Shown: piece by piece, positions 25,844-38,231 of the stretch | How positions within the stretch are numbered: the first letter of the stretch is position 1 | Layout: the number at the start of each line of letters is the position of its first letter | From: Octopus sinensis | Taxonomy: Eukaryota | Direction: 5' to 3' | DNA: 64,000 nucleotides | NCBI RefSeq assembly: GCF_006345805.1 | Contig: NC_043010.1 | Span: forward strand, 11,098,001-11,162,000 | Notes under the pieces: model-generated | Told to the model about the DNA's origin: nothing | Database searches by the model: none | What the model saw: only the letters and a program-made list of their open reading frames with translations | Position numbers and translations under genes: made by a program

Positions 25844-26367
25844 GAAGAAGAGGAAGGAGAAGAAGAAGAGGAAGGAGAAGGAGAAGAAGAAGAAGAAGAA
25901 GAAGGAGGAGAAGGAGAAGAAGGAGAAGGAGAAGGAGAAGAAGAAGAAGAAGAAGAAGAAGAAGAAGGAGAAGAAGAAGAAGGAGAAGAAGAAGGAGAAG
26001 AAGAAGAGAAGAAGAAGAAGAAGGAGAAGGAGAGAAAGGAGGAGGAGGAGAAGAAGAAGAAGAAGAAGAAGAAGAAGAAGAAGAAAAAAGAAGAAGAAAA
26101 AGAGAAGAAAAAGAAGAAAAAGAAGAAGAAGAAGAAAAAGAAGAAGAAAAAGAAGAAGAAAAAGAAGAAAAAGAAGAAGGAGAGGAAAGAGAAGAGGAAG
26201 GAGGAGGAGAAAGAGGAGGAGAAGGAGACGAGGAAGAAGGAGAAGAAGAAGAAGAAGAAGAGGAGAAGAAGAAGAGGAAGGAGAAGAAGAAGAGGAAGGA
26301 GAAAAAGAAGAAGAAGAAGAAGAAGAAGAAGAGGAAGGAGAAGGAGAAGAAGAGGGAGAAGCAGAAG
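25844..26367. repeat. (GAA)n/(GGA)n polypurine tract
   Basis: ~520 bp almost purely purine; explains the poly-E/K/R ORFs. Confidence 0.97.
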
Positions 26368-26871
26368 ACCAGTTTACTATGAAGGTAAAAGCATCTGTAC
26401 ATTTTAATGACAGTATTAAGCTTGCTGCTTTTTATTTCATTGTTGTTCGATTTAATTGTTCTCTGTCAACATTGTTATACTCAGCTTGTTCCACCTGCTC
26501 CTCGTTGCTCCTCCTCCTGTCCCTCTTGCTCCCCCCTCCTCCCCCTCCTCCTTTTTGTCACCATTGCATTATCAATGATATAATAGTTACCGTTACTCAG
26601 CATCACAAACGACTGCAGCTTCCAAAGCAATCATTTCTTACAATAGAACCAGCAACAATTGAATATAGCTGGTGTTCTGCTCTGGCCCCCCTTCTTTCAA
26701 AATTTTAACCTTTCGCCTTAGCTTCTAGCATATAGCCACCTTCCTCTTTATTGTAGCTCCACTCAGTAAGTAAGAAGGGGGGGATCTTCGTCTTGTGAGG
26801 TGCATGGTGACTTCACCAGGGTTGGTGCCACAGAAAAAAAAGAAACCCGCACAAAACAATAAAAAAAATCA

Positions 26872-27294
26872 AGGCACAGGAGTGGCTGTGTGGTAAGTAG
26901 CTTGCTAACCAGCCACATGGTTCCGGGTTCAGTCCCACTGCATGGCATCGTGGGCAAGTGTCTTCTGCTATAGCCTCAGGCCGACCAATGCCTTGTGAGT
27001 GGATTTGGTAGACGGAAACTGAAAGAAGCCTGTCGTATATATGTATATATATATATATATGTATGTGTGTATATGTGTTTGTGTGTCTGTGTTTGTCCCC
27101 CTAACATTGCTTGACAACCGATGCTGGTGTGTTTACGTCCCCGTCACTTAGCGGTTCGGCAAAAGAGACCGATAGAATAAGTACTGGGCTTACAAAGAAT
27201 ACATCCTGGGGTTGATTTGCTCGACTAAAGGCGGTGCTCCAGCATGGCCACAGTCAAATGACTGAAACAAGTAAAAGAGAAAAGAGTAAGAGAG
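26872..27294 (+). mobile_element. SINE family A, full length
   Basis: Family match across its length. Confidence 0.92.
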
Positions 27295-27434
27295 TACACT
27301 CATTAAAAAGGTCGTCCAGCCATAGAAACATTGCTGAAGCAGGCATTAGAACATGGTTCAATCCTTGGGACCATTGGATTCTGTTACACCATCTGACCCC
27401 CCAAGCCAGCATGAGATACAGAATACAGCTGTTG

Positions 27435-27634
27435 GATGATAATCGTGATGATGATGATGACGACGATGACAATGGTGATGATTGATGACAGTGACAACGA
27501 TGATGATGATGCTGATGATGGCAATCATAATGATGATGATGATGACAGTCATGATGATAGTCATGATGATGACGATCATGCTGATGATGATGATGACAAT
27601 CATCATGATGTTGATGACAACATTGACAACAATA

Positions 27635-27672
<38 letters not shown>

Positions 27673-27833
27673 AATGATGATAATGATGATGACGAACATC
27701 ATGATGATACTGATGATAATCAGGATGATGATGATCATCATCATCGTCATGATAATGATGCTGGTTTCAACAATGGCGATAGCCACATTGACATCAATGA
27801 CGACGATGATGACGACGATGATGATAATGATGC

Positions 27834-27908
<75 letters not shown>

Positions 27909-27940
27909 CGACGACGACGACGACGACGATGATGATGATA
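27435..27940. repeat. Degenerate (GAT)n/(GAC)n array
   Basis: Direct inspection; source of the poly-Asp ORF. Confidence 0.9.
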
Positions 27941-28326
27941 CATACACATGCCGCTCATATTTAGCAATGAGCACGCCAAGTATGCTTATTATTACTAAGT
28001 ATGAATTTGCATATTTCGTCAATCTGCTTGAAATAGCAGTCACATCTCTTTCAAGTCATATTCCAAGCCTCTTAGAAAGGATGGAAACATTGAATAACAT
28101 CATTCCTGTGGTACAGGAGCTAGAAAAGATATGGGATTGTAATAACAGGAACTTCTCTGATCGCAGACATCTGCTCAACCAGCTCTGGCCTTGGGTTAAA
28201 TAACAGTAGTTTACTTATAAATTTGTATTAGAGTAATTACTGAATGAATTGAAAAGGTTGCAAGATGCAACGAAAATTTTAGAAAATAAAAAATAAGAAA
28301 TAAGTGGAAATTTTACCGGTGAGTGT

Positions 28327-28632
28327 CATCATCATCATCATCATCATCATCATTTAGCGTCCGCTTTCCATGCTAGCATGGGTTGGACGGTTCAACTGGG
28401 GTCTGTGAAGCCAGAAGGCTGCATCAGGCCCAGTCTGATCTGGCAGTGTTTCTACGGTTGGATGCCCTTCCTAACGCCAACCACTCTGTGAGTGTAGTGG
28501 GTGCTTTTTACGTACCACCCGCACAGACGGAGCTGGCAAACGGCCATGGACGGATGGTGCTTTTTACGTGCCACCTGCATGGGGGCCAGGCGAGGCTGGC
28601 AACGGCCACAATCGGATGGTGCTTTTTACATA
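28327..28632 (-). mobile_element. Family E LINE 3' tail
   Basis: (CAT)n + TTTAGCGTCCGCTTTCCATGCTAGCATGG...GGATGCCCTTCCTAACGCCAACC; reverse complement of ~23300-23530. Confidence 0.85.
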
Positions 28633-29136
28633 AGGCACTAAAAGAGAATGACTCTCCCCAGACACAACAGAATATGCTTCAACACACGAACTCATATAAA
28701 GAATCTTGCAAACCAAATCCAAAAACGAAATACTGAATGAGAGTTTTATAGCTAATAGATATATTTGGATGATGAGTTGACAGATCAATATTAGTCAAAT
28801 GGGTCTATAGCTACCAGGTATGGTTGTATGGTTAAGAAGTTTTGGGTTCAATTCCACAATGCAGTGTTCTGGCCAATACTGAGAAAGTAAAAGTTGGTAG
28901 ACAGAAACTGTGTGGAAGCCATGCGTATGTGTGTGGGTGTGTGTGTGTGTGTGTTCTTTCACTTGTTTTAGTCATTTGACTGTGGCCATACTGGAGCACC
29001 AGCTTGAAGGGTTTTAGTTGAACAAATCGACCCTAGGACATATTTCTTAAGCCTAGTACTAATTCTGTTGGTCTTTTGCTGAAGTAAACACAACACCAGT
29101 TGTCAAGTGATAATGGAGGAGCATACACAGACACAT

Positions 29137-29195
<59 letters not shown>

Positions 29196-29734
29196 TTGAA
29201 AGTGCATTGAGAATAGTTAAAATATTTTTTTATTAATATATTTATAGCTCTAACTGGTTTCACAGTTTACAGTGATTTTCAAAATGCTCAAATAGAAAGA
29301 TGTGGCTTATGTTACAGCTGACTTGCTTCTGTCTAGTATATATATATATTCTATATACACATAACGGGCTTCACGTGCCCAAGGTGTCAGGCAATGGGAC
29401 TGAACCTGGATCCATATGTTTAGGAAGCAAACTTCATACCACACGGCCTGGATATATAATGTATGTGTGCTTCCTTCCCAATGATGTGGTCCAAGAAAAT
29501 CGAATTAAGATCTTTTTTCTTCATAATGGATTTGATGTCTCTGGAAATTCAATTCCACTTCTAATAACACTATGTGATCTACCTTGATCAATAGCAGCCC
29601 AGTTTCAGGCTACACCTTTCTATTCAGCTATCTCAACCTGAGAAGCTAGGTTTTTGCAAGGACCCTACAAAACTTCAAGTTGCTTGGGGCGAAATCAAAC
29701 TGTTTTAAATAACAACAACAACAACAATAATAAT

Positions 29735-29946
29735 TGTTTCAAATTTTGGCACAAGACCAGCAGTTTCAGAGAAGGGGCTAAGTCAATTACATCGACCCCA
29801 GAGCTCAACAGTTAATTAGTTTATCGAACTCGAGAAGATGAGAGGCAAAGTCAACCTCAGCGGAATTTGAACTCAGAACATGATGACGGATGAAATGCTA
29901 CTAAGCATTTTGCCCGGCATGCTAACAATTCAGCCAGCTCACCACC
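29735..29946 (-). mobile_element. SINE family B, short-tail variant
   Basis: Family match. Confidence 0.8.
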
Positions 29947-29951
29947 GGAAA

Positions 29952-29993
<42 letters not shown>

Positions 29994-29994
<1 letters not shown>

Positions 29995-30262
29995 TGGGTG
30001 TTTCATTCAACATCCTTAAACAACCCTTATTCAGGGACCTTTTGAGTGGGATGGGCTACTCGACCAGAAGAAAATTCTAACTGGGCCCCACCTGCAAGGT
30101 CATGTGCTGTTTATCTTGATATGAGATCACCATGTCACGCACATATGGTTGTGATGCATGTACCTAGTGTACCCTTATCAGACGGGTAGTCATGATGGGT
30201 ATATTGGGCTTCGTATATTTTACCCCAGTGTCACTTTGATGGCATGCACTGCTCTCTCACTC

Positions 30263-30263
<1 letters not shown>
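29994..30263 (+). mobile_element. Retroposon tail, family F, embedded in (TAA)n
   Basis: Same 3' end as the other copies; TAA runs on both sides. Confidence 0.88.
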
Positions 30264-30331
<68 letters not shown>

Positions 30332-31738
30332 GTAATGGTTTCAAATTTTGCCACAAGGGCAGCAATTTTGGGGTAAGGGATGAGTCAATTACATCAACCC
30401 TAGTGTTGTGTGTATGCCTGTATTTTTTAATGGTATGCAAATGGTGGTGCCCTAGCATGGCCGCAGCTCTGAGCTGAAACTACAAAAAAAAAAAAAGCAA
30501 AAAGATATGAGCATCGGCTCCAAAACCGAAAACAAGCTCTTAAGGAATGAAGTTATCTGAGATACACTGAATCACACACACACATGCACACACACACATA
30601 CACAAACTCTCCCTTTATCTATCTATCTATCTATCTTTCTATCTATCTATCTCTCTTATCATTCACTGTACCAGGAAGACAATGAAGCGGTGATTGACTC
30701 AATGGATATCTGTACTCAAAGTTTCTATTGTTCATAAATTGCTATTCAAAATAAATAAATAGATAAACTGGTATGATAATGAGAAATTGCTTATTTTTCA
30801 ATAGTGGGAGCACAATAGAACCCATGATTGTTCTGATAGCTTTTCAATGCAATGATTCAAAGCCTTTATTATCTAATGAAGGAGAAATAGATACTATTCT
30901 AAGGATTCCACGAAACAAAGATGTCAAAAACAGTGCCACAAACATCCCTATTAAAGTACAATGGCAATAATCAGTTAAAAGCACCAGTTATTGACACACA
31001 CAAAAATAGTCCTTATCAGCGTTTCTTAGCCTCACATGTGGGATGGTGGTTAACAGAATTAATGCATCAGAATTTGGCAAGATTACCTTGTGGTATTTGA
31101 TCATATTTCTTTTCTGTTCTGGGTTCAAATCCGGCCTAAGTCAACTTTGCTTTTGTCCTTCCCAGGACAATGAAATATGAGTCAATTTCTGAGGATTGAT
31201 ACAACTAAGTAAAACTTTTGCAGATGGTATCACAGACCAGGGATTGAAAACAGTTACAGAATAAACATATCAAGTAATATGTTGCTGTTGCTGTTGCTGT
31301 TGAGTGTAGCGGTCTTTGTCCAGTGGGAGAAGTCCGAAATGTGGTCCTTTACTATCCGTAAGACCCGCAGAAAAGAATGCAGGTAAACCCCCGACATTGA
31401 GAGCATCGACAGATGGATGAATGCGCATCCAGGCTCAGCAGTTGCGTAGGAAGCCGGGGTATGTTTCTGTTTAGTCTCAGGTTAACTCTGATCAAGCAAA
31501 CCTTTAATCAAAGACATTCTAACCATGAGCAACCTACCTTTCTTTTCTTTATAAATTGACTGACTGTCTACAATATCCAAAGTGACCCTTCACAATTAAA
31601 AAATAAACATTAAGATATGATTTGAAGGAAAACTTGGCTGCTATTTCTAGCCAGTTTGTAATGACAGACATTCTTTATACACCTCAGTTACTGCAGTTGT
31701 TTAACTCTAGGGCATCCCTCATCAGACAAATCTATGAT

Positions 31739-32130
31739 TACTCTTTTACTCTTTTACTTGTTTCAGTCATTTGACTGCGGCCATGCTGGAGCACCGCCTT
31801 TAATCGAGCAACTCAACCCCGGGACTTATTCCATGTAAGCCCAGTACTTATTCTATCGGTCTCTTTTTGCCGAACCGCTAAGTGACGGGGACATAAACAC
31901 ACCAGCATCGGTTGTCAAGCAATGCTAGGGGGACAAATACAGACACACAAACACGCACACATATATATATATACATATATACGACGGGCTTCTTTCAGTT
32001 TCCGTCTACCAAATCCACTCACAAGGCTTTGGTCGGCCCGAGGCTATAGTAGAAGACACTTGCCCTAGGTACCACGCAGTGGGACTGAACCCGGAACCAT
32101 GTGGTTTGTAAGCAAGCTACTTACCACACA
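31739..32130 (-). mobile_element. SINE family A
   Basis: Reverse-complement family match. Confidence 0.92.
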
Positions 32131-33406
32131 AAAGACATTCTAATTGCTGCCATCCTGACTCAGGGTCTGCATTATCTAACGCATTCTCAAACTTTTAAAG
32201 ACAATGATTTGAGTTTGATTTGACTGCTACTTTTAGCATGTTTCATGACTGTGCAAAGATTCTCTTGTTGGATCATACTTGTTTCAATCCTCTCCGTCAA
32301 TATGAGCTAAACCAAGAACATTTAAATCCCAAACATTCTTTGCTTTTAACTTAATGACTTTAGTAGTTTGATTTTTATATATTTAATTGCATACAGCCGT
32401 GGAAAGAGAAGAAATATTTGTAAGAACCGATATAATTTTCCAGATTCACAGATTTTTGTTATGAGATCTGATTGATATAAGGAGAAGAAGGGTTAGACAT
32501 TGAGAAAACAGCTTTATAGATTGTTAAAATAAAATATTCTTATGTAAGTATAATAGCATTGGCAAAGTGAACCAAGCTATTAGAGAAAAAGATAGAGAAA
32601 ATAAAGAGAATTTTAAACTCTTATACTTGAAAATGTAAAACATGAAAGAATGTTTGAAAATCCCAAAGCTCTAAATATTTATCATATTGATATTTAAATA
32701 ATTGAATTAAATAACGAGAAAATCTATAAATCTATGTAGGAAATGTAATTTTTACGAGTGCTATTGTATAAAATCCTTTCGAATTGCAATATCTTTAGGG
32801 TAAATGAAGTTTAGGATAAAGTATTAGAAGTGGAGAGCAAGAGAGAGAGAGGGAGAGTAAAGGGAGAGTAAGAGGGAGAGGGAGAGAGGGAGAGAGAGAG
32901 AGAGAGAATTTAATGAGAGAAATGGAGTTCAGAAGACATTAAATGCAGCTAAGTGTCTTCTGTCGTAATTAAATATTAACTTAAAAGAGAATTTTACTAT
33001 TAGAGAGTCATTTCCAGAGAAAAATGTATCACTTTGCTGCTGTCTGTAAAGATTTAAAATATATAAAAGATTTGAAGATTGTCATTGTACCGATATTGAC
33101 CAATCAACGAAGATCTTATATAAGATTATTTAAAACGGGTAAAATATTATACGTAATAACACTTCAAACTTATTTGGTCAGCTCCTGCTTCAAATTCTGA
33201 CATAAATGATTACCCAATAGAAAAATTCATTACTGAAACAGGACATAAATCAGATGATGGATGACATTAGTTGATTGATTTTCAAAGTAATTATAATGTG
33301 GGGGTTTTATGTTTATGTCTACACAAATACAGAAGAATTCGTATGTATATATTAGGCACATACGTACACAAATAAGACATACATATGTACATACATACAT
33401 ATATAT

Positions 33407-33444
<38 letters not shown>

Positions 33445-33584
33445 CACGTATGTATGTATGTATGTGGTGTATATTTGTGTATGTATATATGTATATGTGT
33501 CCATGTCCATGCGTAAATATATAATATGTATATATATACAGGATATATCCATATCTATCTATCTATCAATCTATCAATCTATCA

Positions 33585-33638
<54 letters not shown>

Positions 33639-33732
33639 TTATCTGTCCATCTACCTGTCTGTCTGTCTGTCTATTTATCTATCTATATATATTGTGCATA
33701 TACATACATACATACATATATATATATATATA

Positions 33733-34205
33733 TCATCATCATCATCATCATCATTGTTTAACATCCGCTTTCCATGCTATCGTGGGTTGGACGATTTGAC
33801 TGAGGTCTGGCGAACCAGATGGCTGCACCAGACTCCAATCTGATCTGGCAGAGTTTCTACAGCTGGATGCCCTTCCTAAAACCAACCACTCCGAGAGCAT
33901 AGTGGGTGCTTTTACGTGCCACAGAAATGAGGGCCAGTCAGGTGGTATTGGCAGCGGCCACGCTCAAATGGTGCTTTTCATGTGTCACCAGCACAGGAGC
34001 CAGTCCAGCGGCACTGGCAACAACCTCGCTCGAATGTTTTTTCATATGCCACCAGCACAAGTGCCAGTAAGGCGACGCAGGTAATGATCACACTCGAATG
34101 GTGCTTTTTACGTGCCACCGCATGGAGGCCAGCTTGTTGCTCTGGCAATGATCACGCTCGTATGGTACTCTTAGCACTTCACTAGCACGGATGCCAGTCA
34201 TCGAA
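33733..34205 (-). mobile_element. Family E LINE 3' UTR/tail
   Basis: (CAT)n tail and repeated GGTGCTTTTTACGTGCCA motifs. Confidence 0.82.
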
Positions 34206-34560
34206 TTAAAGGACAAAAATTAAATAATATTGCTTTAGATCAAGGTCATTGTCTTACTATTTCTGCTACATTGTGCCTTCCATATAATGAAATATGTAAA
34301 ATCTAGAAATTCCTACTGGCAGTATATAATTATTCTGGCTACAAATGCATTAATAAGTCTGTTTTCTTTCAAATAATATAGGTGATTCTTACTTGAAAGA
34401 ACAAGGTAACCTTCCTTTCTTTAAAACTCTCATTGACAAAGAACTGGAGTAATTCAGCCAATCAGTTACTTCAACAGTGAGTAATCTTTACAGAACGGAA
34501 TAAAAAAAAAATGATTTAATTGAATCTTTACAGAAACTGAGTTTCATTTGGAATGGCATA

Positions 34561-34949
34561 TGGATGGAAGCACTCCGTCGGTTACGATGACGAGGGTTCC
34601 GGTTGATCCGATCAACGGAACAGCCTGCTCGTGAAATTAACGTGTAAATGGCTGAGCACTCCACAAACATGTGTACCCTTAACGTAGAGTTCTCGGGGAT
34701 ATTCAGCGTGACACAGAGAGTGACAAGGCCGGCCCTTTGAAATACAGGTACAACAGAAACAGGAAGTAAGAGTGAGAGAAAGTTGTGGTGAAAGAGTACA
34801 GCAGGGATCACCACCATCCCCTGCCGGAGCTTCGTGGAGCTTTTAGGTGTTTTCGCTCAATAAACACTCACAACGCCCGGTCTGGGAATCGAAACCACAA
34901 TCCTACGACCGTGAGTCCGCTGTCCTAACCACTGGGCCATTGTGCCTCC
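34561..34949 (-). mobile_element. SINE family C, full length with 11-bp TSD
   Basis: TSD GGAATGGCATA at 34550-34560 and 34950-34960. Confidence 0.95.
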
Positions 34950-35207
34950 GGAATGGCATAAATGACATGCTAATTATTGGCGTTAAGAATTTCTAGACAG
35001 TTTTACTTTGTTTTTTAAACAGGACAGTGTATTTTGCTTCTTGGCAATGGTTCCTTTCTGAGCTAAATGGTTGGTTTATTGTGTGACTGAGCCCAATAAG
35101 TATCCTAACAAAAACTGATTGAGACAGCATCGAGTTAACTATCTTTTAAATGAGTAAAAAATATGAATGAAATGTAACAGAGAATTATTTCTTACAAAGC
35201 TTAGTTT

Positions 35208-35684
35208 AGAGAGAGAGAGAGAGAGGGAGAGAGAAGAAGAAGAAGAAGAAGAGGAGAAGAAGAAGGAGGAGAAGAAGAAGAGAAGAAGAAGAAAATAGAA
35301 GAAGAAGAAAAGAAGAAAGAAGAAGAAAAAGAAGAGAAGAAGAAGAAGAAAAAAAAGAAGAAGAAGAAAAAGAAAAAAAGAAGGGAAGAAAGAAGAGAAA
35401 AGCAGAAGAAGAAGAAGAAAAAGAAGAAGAAGAAAAAGAAAGAAAGAAAAAGAAGAAGGAGAAGAAGAAGAAGAAAAAGAAAAGGAGAAGAGAAGAAGAA
35501 AAGAAGAAGAAGAAGAAGGAAGAAGAAAAGAGAAGAAGAAGAAGAGAATAGGAAGAAGAAGAAGAAGAAGAAGAAGAAGACGAAGAAGAAGAAAGAAGAA
35601 GAAGAAAGTAGAAGAAAAAGAAGAAGAAGAAGAAGAAGAAGAAGAGAAAAGAAGAAGAAGAAGAAGAAGAAGAAAGTAGAAGAA
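35208..35684. repeat. (GA)n/(GAA)n polypurine tract
   Basis: Direct inspection. Confidence 0.97.
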
Positions 35685-36137
35685 TGAGTGAATTAGATAA
35701 TTGTTACAATAAAGTAGTTAAAGTGTATTAAATTAGAAATTTTGTTAGATTTTGTCTTTTTTTCTTCCTCTTATTTTCCTTCTAAATATTGAGTTAGAAT
35801 GAAACGATGTCATTTTAGGAAGTGTTATTAAAGTATATAATATTGTTTGCTTGTCTGTAGATATATAGGAACAGATAAAACTAGAAATTATTAATCACAT
35901 TTATTGACTAAAAGTAAGTAAAAATTGAATTAATTATACCTAAATATGTGACAATAATTTGAATCAAGTAATCACTTTGTATGCGATAAGGAATTATCAT
36001 TATTACAACTAAGACAAGAATACCAGTCTGAATATATCAGTCTATAATAAGCAAATGTTATAAAGCTTCACCAGAGCCAGTGTAGCTGTCTTTGAAGAAT
36101 GTCACTAGAGAATTCTACTTCAGAAGACTTATAAAGG

Positions 36138-36570
36138 TGTAGTGATACTGCTGTGTAAGGTTCAGCGCACATACGCAGAATGGGATTACTTCCGGTTGGC
36201 CACCGGAAGTCTTCCCCATGCGCATGTCCGGGAAACTGACCCCTAAAACGCAGATCACTCATTCGTCCTTTCTGGCCCTAGCAGCCCTCGTGAACAGACG
36301 TGTACTGGCAGTCTCTGAGGACTTCATACCAACCAAGCAGCGAACCACAACGAATCATTTCGACCAACAAACAAGAATCAGTACTACAGATTCGGCTGTC
36401 GGTTTCCCTCCAGAGAACACATACACCAGTTCTACATTACGACAAGAAATAAACAACATTTTTGCTGTGTTCGTAGATCGCCTGACTTGTCTGTTATTTT
36501 AACTAAAATTGAATGTGACGGGGTCAGATCGGACACGCCTCCAGTGATACCGAATCCAGATCCTGTTACA
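36138..36570 (+). mobile_element. Probable solo LTR (433 bp)
   Basis: TGTA...TACA termini, 4-bp TSD AAGG (36134-36137, 36571-36574), AATAAA at 36448-36453, CpG/GC-rich relative to flanks. Confidence 0.75.
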
Positions 36571-36595
36571 AAGGGATGTAGATGAAAGAACAAAA

Positions 36596-37092
36596 CTAGT
36601 ACTATCTTAAGACAGGGGTTGTTTCTTGTGGTTATTATGTCTTAAATGTAGCATTTGAAATGTGTTTTTGTGGGATCCATTTTAAGAACTACTAGCGCTA
36701 TGTTGTTTTTGTAAAATCTCAGAAAATAATTAAAAATTCACATTTTTTTGTTAGTGCATGCATATACAGCTGCGTGCGTGTGCACATACATGCGGCGAGT
36801 ACTGTCCAAATCTCCGACCAATCACATACAACTAGCTGGCATTCAATTGGTGTATCAAGTTTTGGGTATTTTGATTGGGTTTTAGATAGAAAATTCACAA
36901 AAATGTCACTTCTATTGATTTTTTAATGGCTTTGCGGGGTGACTGGGGAAATGTAAAGATGTGCACGAGCACCCTTGGACGGTTTTGAATGACCATAGAA
37001 AGTGCGAGCCCTCTAACTGAAAAATTGTGGATTTGTATAAAGGACATGCACACACACTCAAACAAACATTTTGTCGTTTATATATATAGAGA
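36596..37092 (-). mobile_element. Non-autonomous Helitron-like element (second family), degenerate
   Basis: CTAGTACTAT left end and TATATAGAGA|T right end, as in 8767-9272. Confidence 0.6.
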
Positions 37093-37567
37093 TAAGAAGT
37101 GTACAATTATATCATGTGAGACATGTATTTGCTATTCAAGAAGTTTGCTAATCAAGATTTTGGTCACTTCATTGAAGCTTGGTTCACTTTGCTGATGCTA
37201 TTATACTTCCATAAGAATATTTTAACAATCTATATAGCTGTTTTCTCCTTATATACTATATACAAATTTCCTTTTCTGATTTGTGTATTTGTGAATAAGT
37301 TCAATGTTTTGATGTTACAATTTAATGGAAGGATGATTTTCACATATGGTAGACTGACATTTACTTTTCATGGTCAGTGCCTTTGATACTTTTCACAACC
37401 TTCAAAAACAGGTAGAAAGAAGGAAGTTTTCCTTAGACTTGAGACCTGGCTCAAATGTTTATAGCTAAGTGGATTCTCCTATTTTAATGAGTAATTATCA
37501 TAAAAAGCAGAGAAGACAAATCTGGAATCTAAACTAATTAAAATCAATTAACATAGAATTCATTAGT

Positions 37568-37635
37568 GAATGAGTTCAATCTTCAGTAGTAGAATGAGTT
37601 TGATCTTCAGTAGTAGAATGAGTTTGATCTTCAGT
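37568..37635. repeat. 24-bp tandem repeat, ~3 copies (GAATGAGTTTGATCTTCAGTAGTA)
   Basis: Direct inspection. Confidence 0.9.
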
Positions 37636-37640
37636 GACAA

Positions 37641-37680
37641 CTCTGAACGTGTTTCTGTCTTATATGACCTCATCAGAGAA
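37641..37680 (-). ncRNA. Minimal hammerhead-ribozyme-like motif, probably degenerate
   Basis: Minus strand: TTCT-CTGATGA-GGTC-ATATAA-GACA-GAAA-CACG-TTC-AGAG. Confidence 0.5.
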
Positions 37681-38127
37681 ACAAAGGTAAACTTTACTGA
37701 CACATTTACTGATTAGAAAGAAAATAGGTTATTAATGTTTGGACAGTGAGTGCTGTGATAACTCAAAATGATATCTGTGGAAAAATACACATAGATTCCT
37801 GCTGCATGAAAACCATAATAAAATTATTTTAGACATCATATTTATATTTTTAATATTTATTTATTTTTTTATTTATATATATTTTTAATACATAAAGTCT
37901 TTCATATAGGTATATCTTTGTGAAAAATTCGATATTGATTTCCTTATATTAATAATAATAATATATCATTAAAAAATATATGTATATATATATATATATG
38001 AAATTGAATCAGCAGTTTATATTTACTGCTGATAAGTTGGCGCGAGTACGATAGTTTTGAAAATTTTAGGGCAGATATTCCTAGGGCATAGATACAGCTG
38101 CCTCGTGTATATCTGTCTTTCCTGGCT

Positions 38128-38231
38128 TCTTTACCGATGAGGTGTAGCCTTTGGTGGATTGACTTAGTTTAATTTAATTTAATTAAGCTGGTTTGCCATT
38201 AAAAACACCGAAACAATGCATTGTCTAAAGA
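38128..38231 (+). ncRNA. Type I hammerhead-ribozyme-like motif (U4C core variant)
   Basis: Stem I TCTTTA/TAAAGA; core CCGATGA; stem II GGTGT/ACACC with extended hairpin; GAAA; palindromic ACAATGCATTGT stem III; GTC cleavage triplet. Confidence 0.75.

Noticed and set aside
25818-26708. Poly-E/K/R and poly-L/S ORFs
   Set aside because: Translations of a GAA/GGA tract.
27436-28203. 255-aa Asp-rich ORF resembling an acidic biomineralisation protein
   Set aside because: It is a (GAT)n array, open in several frames, with no signal peptide; the non-repetitive tail resembles a degenerate dispersed repeat also seen near 31470-31660 and 62940-63040.
31700-31730. Minus-strand CTGATGA-GGG-ATG-CCC hairpin
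   Set aside because: Not followed by GAAA; lies within a degenerate repeat.
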